A DNA stretch of 15,190 nucleotides, from contig JBMSQQ010000083.1 of NCBI GenBank assembly GCA_049423385.1, positions 1 through 15,190 on the forward strand, given 5' to 3'. The DNA comes from Silvanigrellaceae bacterium. Its GTDB lineage: Bacteria; Bdellovibrionota_B; Oligoflexia; Silvanigrellales; Silvanigrellaceae. Position numbers and translations under genes: made by a program. The notes under the pieces are model-generated. The model was not told the origin of the DNA, ran no database searches, and worked only from the letters and a program-made list of their open reading frames with translations. Below, piece after piece: positions 1 to 7,280 of the stretch. Position 1 is the first letter of the stretch; every line of letters starts with the position of its first letter.

Positions 1-2
1 CC

Positions 3-596
3 GTTATTTCAGGACGAAAACGAAGCGACGTTGAGCGATTCTTGCCCCAAGGTATTGACTTCGTCATTGGCAATCATGGCGTTGAAGGCCTTCCCAGCGG
101 GACAGACACAATTGACACAGCAAAGAAGGCCTGTTTGCAATGGAAAAGCGAGCTCGAAAAAGACTTCGCAGATTCGGATGATGTCTGGCTTGAGGACAAA
201 ACTTATAGCCTTTCGCTTCACTACCGCAAAGCAACAGACAAAAAGAAAGCGCGAACCCAATTGCTTGAGGCTGTTTCAAGCCTGACTCCACCGCCACGCA
301 TTGTCCTTGGAAAATTTTGCATCAACATCATGCCAGCAGGTGCACCTCACAAAGGAGTTGCACTCCTCGAGCTGATGCTCAAATCAAACTCACGATGTGC
401 TGTTTATTTGGGCGATGACGATAATGATGAAGACGTATTTTCCCTGTCCGAAGAGAACCTTTTGACAATTCGAATTGAAGAATCCAACAATTCGGGTGCT
501 CTTTACTGCTTAAGCACGCAATTGGAAATCGACGATTTCCTTGTGAAAACGCTCGAATTCTGTAAATCTCACGGAAGCCTGAAAAGGATGACATGA
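3..596 (+). CDS. otsB: Trehalose-6-phosphate phosphatase (HAD IIB), 5'-truncated by window edge
   Basis: The frame is open from base 3 (VISGRKRSDVERFLPQG...), upstream of the ORF-track start at 42. TPP motifs are present: VISGR, GNHGVE, EDK..SLSLHYR, GK..INIMP...HKG.AL, YLGDDDNDEDVF. Confidence 0.9.
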   Translation, partial: VISGRKRSDVERFLPQGIDFVIGNHGVEGLPSGTDTIDTAKKACLQWKSELEKDFADSDDVWLEDKTYSLSLHYRKATDKKKARTQLLEAVSSLTPPPRIVLGKFCINIMPAGAPHKGVALLELMLKSNSRCAVYLGDDDNDEDVFSLSEENLLTIRIEESNNSGALYCLSTQLEIDDFLVKTLEFCKSHGSLKRMT

Positions 597-1042
597 ACAA
601 CACTATCGACACCGGCAGCAGTCTTGCTTTTGCTGAGCAACTCGTTTGTCTCAGTGTCGATTTGCACACTCTAAATTCCAGTTCTCAAAGGCTTCTTGGA
701 CTTTCACTGGTTCAATGGTCTGTATTGCGAAAAATTCTCAAATCACCCGCCATTTCGGCAGGCACTCTGGCTGAGGAATCCAAAATCCACCCCAGCACGC
801 TGACTCCAACATTAAACAGACTTGAATCCATGGGACTTATTTATGTCTTTGAGCGACCCAAAGACTTGCGACGCAAGATGATCGTCATAAGTAGAGCAGG
901 TTTCGAGCTCTGCGCACAGGTTGAGAAGCGAATTGCGCTCATTTTCGGAGTTCAGGTTCCCAGCAAATCGCTTGAACATGTTTCAGACTTCGTGAACGAT
1001 AGCGTCTCTGAAATGAATCGTTTTCAAAAAACTGCGACCTGA
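593..1042 (+). CDS. MarR-family winged-helix transcriptional regulator
   Basis: LSLVQWSVL...AGTLAEESKIHPSTLTPTLNRLESMGLI...DLRRKMIVISRAG matches the MarR wHTH with the D-x-R wing. ATGA overlap with the otsB stop. Confidence 0.88.
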   Translation: MNNTIDTGSSLAFAEQLVCLSVDLHTLNSSSQRLLGLSLVQWSVLRKILKSPAISAGTLAEESKIHPSTLTPTLNRLESMGLIYVFERPKDLRRKMIVISRAGFELCAQVEKRIALIFGVQVPSKSLEHVSDFVNDSVSEMNRFQKTAT

Positions 1043-1057
1043 ATTTCTGGTTGCGCT

Positions 1058-2056
1058 TCACATCATGCCGGTTGCAATGGACGCTTTATTTTGCGAGAGC
1101 GTCGAAAATACAACTGACAGGTAAGCTTCAAGCTTATCGAACGAGCCTGTCCAACCATGGGCCATTCCATTCTTCGCTGCGCCAAAAGTTGCACGTTCTT
1201 GTTCCGTAGCTTCGCCGAAGACCTCCCATTGAAGTTCAATTCGAGTCTGCATTGCCGCCTCACCGTAAAGGCAAACTGTCGTTTTCAAGCACTCGGGCCA
1301 CGTTGGGGCCATGGGGTGCCTTGTAACTTCTCCGTTCCGATCAGCAAAGATTTGGGTGTAAACAAGACGATCAGGCTCCAACAGTTCCAAGTATTTCGCC
1401 TTACCGTACATCGTCAGGCCGTTGCCAGTCATCTCGTAAAAAGATTCGCCACCGGCATGGATATTTGCGCTGAGATATCGGCCTTTGAACCCGGCAGGCG
1501 CAGTCCATTCCATGAGATGTTCAGGCTTGGTCCACACCTGATACATCCGAGCGATGTCAATTTCAAAGACACGGTTGATTACAAATACATCTCTGCCAGA
1601 GTTTTGCAGCTCCAAGTATTCCGCCAGCCTGTCCCATGTTGAATCGCCGCCAACAGACCGAATGAATTTTCGCTTTTCATCGGCCTCCTCTGAAGAGGAA
1701 AATATCATCCTGAAATTCATCTTTGTCTTGTTGTTCAACTCACTGAAGGAGACAACAACCCGAAACATGGGTGGTTGATCTGCAACAGCTCCGTGTTCGT
1801 ATTCAAGCCTGGCGCCGGGAACAACTTCGCCAAATTTGACATAATTGGGATAATCCTTTCCATCGGGTCCATGCATTGTAAACAACCAATCGCCACCGGT
1901 TTTAACGTCTTTCCGCAGGGTGGTGGTCGACATCCCTCGTGGCCCCCACCATTCTGACGTCTTGACTGGATCTATCCAAGCTTGCCACACAGACCCAACC
2001 GGAGCGTTGTAGATTCTCTCAATGTGATACTCGTTTGAACAAATAATTTCGGACAC
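1058..2056 (-). CDS. Tandem SRPBCC/AHSA1 (Bet v1-like) domain protein
   Basis: Two domains, each IxRxf/y...vW(t/i)xP...W..P.G...DxLxxYL. Likely start is GTG at 2056, 8 nt after AAGGA, rather than 2113. Confidence 0.88.
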   Translation of the reverse strand: MSEIICSNEYHIERIYNAPVGSVWQAWIDPVKTSEWWGPRGMSTTTLRKDVKTGGDWLFTMHGPDGKDYPNYVKFGEVVPGARLEYEHGAVADQPPMFRVVVSFSELNNKTKMNFRMIFSSSEEADEKRKFIRSVGGDSTWDRLAEYLELQNSGRDVFVINRVFEIDIARMYQVWTKPEHLMEWTAPAGFKGRYLSANIHAGGESFYEMTGNGLTMYGKAKYLELLEPDRLVYTQIFADRNGEVTRHPMAPTWPECLKTTVCLYGEAAMQTRIELQWEVFGEATEQERATFGAAKNGMAHGWTGSFDKLEAYLSVVFSTLSQNKASIATGMM

Positions 2057-2146
2057 AACCAGTTTCCTTGAATAAGATTTAAAGAAAGATACTTCGCTGC
2101 AACGGTAAAGCAACCGTCAACAAAATCGGGGAGTAAAAATTGCGCT

Positions 2147-2944
2147 TCAGGGACACTTGGGATTTGCCATTTCCGGCCACGGAACTCCCCAGCCACGAAA
2201 TGTGCACGCGATCCAGTTTGCATTGGAACGAACATCTGCATGATAAACTGTATCTGCGGCACCGCAGAGATCCTTGGCTCCCTGAGGAAGTCCAACTCTC
2301 GATGCGATTCCAACCAACTCACCCGTGCTTGTCAGGAGTGGGCCTCCCGAATCACCATGACAGAGAACAGAGCTTTCGCGCGAAACCCACGCACCACCAA
2401 CTCCCTTGGTGTTGTGAAGAATTGCCTTGATGCCTTTTGAATACCTTGGCTTTCTGTCACGCTGCTCCAGTTCTGTTCGTCCGACTCCGACGTATATCAA
2501 TTCACTGTATTCAGACTTCTCCGATCGATTGACTTTCGAATATGATGCACCGACCGACTGATTGAGTACCAAAACAGCAAGATCCGGGGAAACCGATTCG
2601 AGCCCATTTATGGTCTTGAGTTCATACCACCGCGGATGAACCTGCCATGCAGCAACTTTCCAAACGCGCCCCTTCATTTTTTCATCGAACGTCGTCACCT
2701 CGACTGAGTTTGCATTTTCGACGCAATGTGCTGCAGACAGAACATGTCGGGGCCCGATGAGCACTCCACCGCAGCTGAGATTCAAATTCCCGGCCAATGC
2801 AATTCTCAATGACACAAAAGCGGGCCTAAAGCTTTCGCCACCGGAAAGCACGGTTCCCTTGGTCATTTCAACATCGGCCTCAGAGCGCATCTTGCAGCCC
2901 TGTTGACAAAACAGAAATGTAAAAACGAAAGGAACAAGTCTCAA
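2147..2944 (-). CDS. Secreted (lipoprotein-like) S1/chymotrypsin-family serine protease
   Basis: Triad motifs CGGVLIGPRHVLSAAHC, DLAVL and GDSGGPL. Likely TTG start at 2944 with GAGG 9 nt upstream, giving signal-like MRLVPFVFTFLFCQQGC. GTG 2983 is the alternative start. Confidence 0.88.
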   Translation of the reverse strand: MRLVPFVFTFLFCQQGCKMRSEADVEMTKGTVLSGGESFRPAFVSLRIALAGNLNLSCGGVLIGPRHVLSAAHCVENANSVEVTTFDEKMKGRVWKVAAWQVHPRWYELKTINGLESVSPDLAVLVLNQSVGASYSKVNRSEKSEYSELIYVGVGRTELEQRDRKPRYSKGIKAILHNTKGVGGAWVSRESSVLCHGDSGGPLLTSTGELVGIASRVGLPQGAKDLCGAADTVYHADVRSNANWIACTFRGWGVPWPEMANPKCP

Positions 2945-3033
2945 GAAAATTAACCTCGGTGCATCTTTTTCCGCAAGCGACACGGCAATTCAAATAAATA
3001 TCAGCTTTTGCTAAAATCCCGAAGCGGACAGAG

Positions 3034-4068
3034 TCAGAGGCTTCCTGCCCAAATCTGCTGTCCTGCATTTTGAATTGAGTTTCGCAGGTTTGTATTGAGC
3101 TGTTGAGCATTCATTGCAAGAACTTCCATCGCCTGGCCAAACTCAATATCGTATTTTTTTGCGCTTGCGATCGAATCGGCTGTTAATCCCGAGAATTTCC
3201 CGTCAAGTATGTAGGCATGAAACTCATTCATCAGAAGTTCCTGGTTTGAAACATCGTAATTCATACCAATCATTTTTTGCGCAGCCATCTGAATGTCCAT
3301 GGGCAAGCTGAGCCAAAACATTTGCACTGCCATGCGATAACCAGATTGCTGAAAAAATTGTCCGTGTGAGATTTCATGCTTCAAGGCTGCACTCACCGAG
3401 TCCTCAGATTCAACGTCAAAACTCACCACAGAATATCCACCAGGAGACCTACGCTGGAACTCAGGCATGACTTTTGATGCAAAGACAACTTCGCCTTCGA
3501 GCAGGCATGAAAAATCCGGACACATGCCCTTGGCTCCAGTGAAAAAGCTTTGCAAAAGGCTTTGCGGCAAATCATGACCATAGCTCCTGCTATAACCACT
3601 TGACGCAACCTGTTGGGAAACGAACTGTCCGGCCGAATTGATGTTCATGCTTGGCCGACCTTCAGCATAAATTGCCGCCCGCATCAGCGGAATGTGTTGA
3701 GCCAGGCGGGTGGTCCCCCCGCACAGAAACAATCCGTTTATTTCCATCGTCTGAGCGCAAACAAGATTATTTTCAAGACCACGCCGGGATCGCAATTTCT
3801 CCAGCAGAGGATTCAGATCCTGACGCAGGCGAATTGGTTGGGCAGTGATGATGTACGTAACGTCTTTTGCCTGAAAAGTCTGTTGTTGCTGACCACCCGA
3901 CGCAGCGGACGCACCACCTGAAGTTGACGTACCCCATTGACCTGCACTCACGGTGGTTGTTGAGCGCGTTTCCTGCAAATCCGAACGCTCAGAGCTCTGC
4001 ACTAAGCAGCCCGAATTGAGCATGCAGACCACTCCCAAACCGGCCGAGGCGACTCTGGTTCTAACCAT
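3034..4068 (-). CDS. Orphan lipoprotein with HEXXH...E putative zinc-metallopeptidase motif
   Basis: ATG 4068 with GAGGGT RBS. Signal-like N-terminus ending LNSGC, then an S/T/G/Q linker, HEISH (3364-3378) and NEFHAY (3211-3228). Confidence 0.72.
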   Translation of the reverse strand: MVRTRVASAGLGVVCMLNSGCLVQSSERSDLQETRSTTTVSAGQWGTSTSGGASAASGGQQQQTFQAKDVTYIITAQPIRLRQDLNPLLEKLRSRRGLENNLVCAQTMEINGLFLCGGTTRLAQHIPLMRAAIYAEGRPSMNINSAGQFVSQQVASSGYSRSYGHDLPQSLLQSFFTGAKGMCPDFSCLLEGEVVFASKVMPEFQRRSPGGYSVVSFDVESEDSVSAALKHEISHGQFFQQSGYRMAVQMFWLSLPMDIQMAAQKMIGMNYDVSNQELLMNEFHAYILDGKFSGLTADSIASAKKYDIEFGQAMEVLAMNAQQLNTNLRNSIQNAGQQIWAGSL

Positions 4069-4096
4069 AACACCCTCAGAATTAAAACTTGCTGGC

Positions 4097-4124
4097 GTTT
4101 CGGCTAATTGAAGAGAAAACCTAA
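4097..4124 (-). promoter_or_regulatory. Candidate sigma28/FliA-type promoter
   Basis: TTAGG-N15-GCCGAAAC, ending about 29 nt upstream of ATG 4068. Confidence 0.4.
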
Positions 4125-4250
4125 ATTTTCCGAATCTAAGGAAACAAAGATGCCGAGAATTTATACAATTTTTAAACTGGGCATTTTTCCAATCATTAGA
4201 GTCGGTCACCTTGTCGTCCTTGCTTGGCAAAGAACTTGCCCATTGCAAAA

Positions 4251-5198
4251 TCAAGGCAATGAGTGGGCTTTGAAGAAACTCCAGATTTCCCTTGTGGCAT
4301 TCATCCTCACACTGGTCGGACCCACCAACCATGCAGGTTGTGCTTCTCCACCTGGCCAGGTGTGGCCTCCACCTTCGATTTTGTACAACAGGACCTGGGA
4401 CGAATCCTTGCATCCACCATGTCGATGGACAATCACCTTTGTTGCATCATTTTGACCCTTGTCTGCCAACACTTCCTTCTTGAAAGTTGAGCACTCATTC
4501 TTTTGTTTCCAGAAATCGACGAGGTCCGGCACAGACAGGATGGATCCTCCCTCGCCTCGTGTCATTTCGCCACCATTCCAAAAAACGAACTTGTCTTCCG
4601 GACTATGAATGATCATCATAGCGACAGGCCGAGATGGGCTGCATTTGGGCTTCAATGCTGTTCCCATGGCTCCGGCCACAGTCGAAAATGCTGCAATGAC
4701 GTCTGATCGTTCACATGCCAAGCGCTGAACCATCATTCCGCCATTCGATATGCCGGTCACATAAATCCGTTTTGCATCAACATTGCGAATTGTTCTGATT
4801 TCATTGATGAGGCTCGTGACGAAACCAACATCATCAACATCAGGGTTCGCAGTGCCACGCCCATCATTCCAGTTGGTTTCGATGCCATTTGGATAGGCCA
4901 CCAAAAAGCCTTCCTGTTCTGCCAACCGATGAAACTGTGAAGTGACGGCGAATCTGGCATTCGATGTCTTTCCGCCATGAAAGCCTATCACAAGAGGCAT
5001 GGGAATTTTTTGATCATGATTTTGCGGGGTATAGAGAAGATATTCTCGTTTCTTCCCCCGATGACTCAATTTTTTGGATTCAAAATTTGGACCCAACGTG
5101 GATGGGTCGATGGAACGTCCCAATCCTCCGCTTTTATGAGCACAACCATGAAAAAAGAAGGCAGCAGCAATCACCACGATCGGAAAGAAGCCGTTCAT
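4251..5198 (-). CDS. LpqC/PHB-depolymerase-like alpha/beta hydrolase lipoprotein
   Basis: PLVIGFHG, YPNG...WNDG, DDVGF, lipase box GISNGG, GHTWPGG. ATG 5198 with GAGGA RBS. Lipobox FHGC. Confidence 0.9.
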   Translation of the reverse strand: MNGFFPIVVIAAAFFFHGCAHKSGGLGRSIDPSTLGPNFESKKLSHRGKKREYLLYTPQNHDQKIPMPLVIGFHGGKTSNARFAVTSQFHRLAEQEGFLVAYPNGIETNWNDGRGTANPDVDDVGFVTSLINEIRTIRNVDAKRIYVTGISNGGMMVQRLACERSDVIAAFSTVAGAMGTALKPKCSPSRPVAMMIIHSPEDKFVFWNGGEMTRGEGGSILSVPDLVDFWKQKNECSTFKKEVLADKGQNDATKVIVHRHGGCKDSSQVLLYKIEGGGHTWPGGEAQPAWLVGPTSVRMNATREIWSFFKAHSLP

Positions 5199-5214
5199 CT
5201 GTTCCTCGGCCAAT

Positions 5215-5252
5215 AAAAAAAGGTCCGGAACCCAGTGTCCCGAACCTTTTTT
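5215..5252 (-). terminator. Intrinsic terminator downstream of yceI
   Basis: Minus-strand RNA AAAAAAGGUUCGGGAC-ACUGG-GUUCCGGACC-UUUUUUU forms a 10-bp stem with two G-U pairs (paired only on this strand) followed by U7. Confidence 0.85.
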
Positions 5253-5273
5253 CATGTTGCAAGAATGGAGTGA

Positions 5274-5876
5274 TTACTTCTTGGCAACCAACTTCAACGT
5301 GAGTTCAAACTCATCGCTGATGATCTTGTCTGCTGTCAGTTCCTTGAAAAAGTTTCCAGAACCGTACTTGAGGCCCCACTTGGTCCGGTCAAGTTTGATG
5401 GTCGCCTCGCCGGTGGCAACACCTTTTTCAACAGCAACCTTTGCAGGGAATGAAATCGCCTGGGTTTTGCCAATCATGGTGAAATCGCCATTGATGGTGA
5501 CTTCGTTCTTGTTTTTGGGATTTGCCTTGACGCTTGTGATCTTGAAGGTTGCCGTGGGATGCTTCGCAACATCAAAAAAGTCTGGACTGGCGAGATGCCC
5601 CACCAGCTTCTTTTGGTAATCCGGGCTCGACTTGAGGTCCTCGTTGCTGATGGTGCTCATATCAATCACGACACTTCCAGTTGTCAGCTGGTTTTTATCA
5701 TCGATACCAACCGCACCCTCTTTCACCATGATGTTGCCATTATGGCTGCTGCCCATTTTTTTGGAGCCTTTCCAAGCCACGGAGCTGGAAGTGGCATCCA
5801 ACTTCCAGTTGGTGGCTGCGAAGGCGTTCGCAGAAAAAAGAAAAGCGGAAGCAATTGCAAATGAAATTTTCAACAT
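5274..5876 (-). CDS. yceI: YceI-family periplasmic lipid/polyisoprenoid-binding protein
   Basis: Signal peptide ending ANAFA. Motifs S.VAWKG.K...HNG, IDM.TI, LVGHL.SPDFFDVAKHP.A.F, LDRTKWGLKYGS, ISDEFEL. ATG 5876 with GGAG RBS. Confidence 0.92.
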   Translation of the reverse strand: MLKISFAIASAFLFSANAFAATNWKLDATSSSVAWKGSKKMGSSHNGNIMVKEGAVGIDDKNQLTTGSVVIDMSTISNEDLKSSPDYQKKLVGHLASPDFFDVAKHPTATFKITSVKANPKNKNEVTINGDFTMIGKTQAISFPAKVAVEKGVATGEATIKLDRTKWGLKYGSGNFFKELTADKIISDEFELTLKLVAKK

Positions 5877-5900
5877 ACTATCTCCCAAACGAGGGTTTCG

Positions 5901-5940
5901 GTTTGAACACCGATTATCCACGTTTGAACGCCGCGAACAA
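5901..5940 (-). promoter_or_regulatory. Candidate yceI promoter with tandem operator-like repeats
   Basis: Minus strand TTGTTC-N16-GATAAT. Direct repeats GTTTGAAC(A/G)CCG (+ strand) at 5901-5912 and 5922-5933 flank the -10. Confidence 0.4.
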
Positions 5941-5964
5941 GCCAATCCGGGTTCTGCACGGATA

Positions 5965-7203
5965 TTATTTTGGCGTTTGCCGTCGGGGGGGAGGTCTGCG
6001 GTGACGCTGTGATTTTGCATTCAGAAGGGGCGGTTTTTCGGTTGAATGCTCGGCGGCATCCGAATGGAATGGATTGGCACGCTCCACCCGAATCGCTTTC
6101 TTGATGACCTTTTCAATTTGCTTCAGATAAGAAATTTCTTCAGCCTCACAAAACGAAATGGCGACCCCGGAGGTTCCGGCGCGCGCCGTGCGACCAATAC
6201 GATGAACATATGTTTCCGGTTCGTTGGGAAGCTCGTAATTGATGACGTGTGAAATGTCATCGACGTCAATCCCGCGGGCGGCGATATCTGTGGCAATCAG
6301 CGCACGCAATTGCCCCGCCTTGAAATCGCTCAGTGCTTTTTGCCTTGCAGACTGGGATTTGTTGCCATGAATCGCCCTCGAATAAACTCCGACCTGGTCG
6401 AGGAACTCTGCAACCTTGTTGGCTCCATGCTTGGTGCGTGTGAAAATGATGACCCGCTTGAATTCCTTCGATGCAAACAAATGGGCGAGCAAGTCACGTT
6501 TTTTTGCCTTGTCGACGAACATCACACTCTGATTGATGAGCTCGGCGGTTGTTGACGGCGGAGTCACGGCCACCTTTATGGGATTGACAAGAATTGAATT
6601 GACCAGTTTTTCGGTTTCAGGCGCCATACTCGCAGAAAACAAAAGATTGTGACGCTGTTTGGGAAGAACGGCGAGAACCTTCTTGATGTCGTGGATAAAA
6701 CCCATATCAAGCATTCGATCGGCTTCATCCAGCACGAACGACTCCACCGCTGCCAAGCTCACATGTCCCTGTGAGAGAAGGTCGAGCAAGCGCCCTGGTG
6801 TTGCAACCAAAACGTCGACACCCCCACTCAAGCTCTGCACTTGCGGATTCTGGCTCACGCCACCAAAGGCCAATGCCAACTTGATTCTGAGATTTGCACC
6901 GTAGGTTTGAAAACTCTCGTGAACCTGAATTGCAAGCTCACGCGTGGGAGCCAAGACCAGCACTCGCACTTGCCGAGGCGCCATGCGCTTGGGATTTTGC
7001 GCAATATTCTGCAGCAAAGGAAGTGAGAATGCTGCGGTCTTCCCTGTGCCGGTTTGAGCGATTCCAAGAAGGTCCTTGCCCTGCAGCAGGTGCGGGATGA
7101 CCTTCATCTGAATGGGTGTTGGATGCGTATATCCGCTCCGTGAAACAGACTTCAGGAGAGGTTCGATAAGTTTGAGATCAGCAAATGACTGTACGTTGTT
7201 CAA
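5965..7203 (-). CDS. rhlE: DEAD-box RNA helicase, RhlE-like
   Basis: PTPIQ, AQTGTGKT, PTRELA, TPGRLLD, DEADRMLDMGF, SAS, RTKHGANK, IHGNKSQ, ARGID, HRIGRTARAG. Likely TTG start at 7203 after AAAGGA. Confidence 0.92.
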   Translation of the reverse strand: MNNVQSFADLKLIEPLLKSVSRSGYTHPTPIQMKVIPHLLQGKDLLGIAQTGTGKTAAFSLPLLQNIAQNPKRMAPRQVRVLVLAPTRELAIQVHESFQTYGANLRIKLALAFGGVSQNPQVQSLSGGVDVLVATPGRLLDLLSQGHVSLAAVESFVLDEADRMLDMGFIHDIKKVLAVLPKQRHNLLFSASMAPETEKLVNSILVNPIKVAVTPPSTTAELINQSVMFVDKAKKRDLLAHLFASKEFKRVIIFTRTKHGANKVAEFLDQVGVYSRAIHGNKSQSARQKALSDFKAGQLRALIATDIAARGIDVDDISHVINYELPNEPETYVHRIGRTARAGTSGVAISFCEAEEISYLKQIEKVIKKAIRVERANPFHSDAAEHSTEKPPLLNAKSQRHRRPPPRRQTPK

Positions 7204-7280
7204 GAAATTTCCTTTTGTGCCTCTGCTCAGAAAATTCAGGACTCCCAGGGAGGCACATTGCACCTGGGCGATTGAGATAC

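Noticed and set aside
4069..4413. 115-aa N-terminal extension of ORF 3034..4413
   Set aside because: Overlaps the esterase 3' end and intergenic DNA. RBS and signal peptide point to ATG 4068.
5914..5922. DnaA-box-like TTATCCACG as an origin signal
   Set aside because: Single 8/9 match with no box cluster or AT-rich unwinding element. It coincides with the candidate yceI -10.
5877..6020. N-terminal extension of yceI
   Set aside because: Overlaps the rhlE end. RBS and signal peptide fit ATG 5876.
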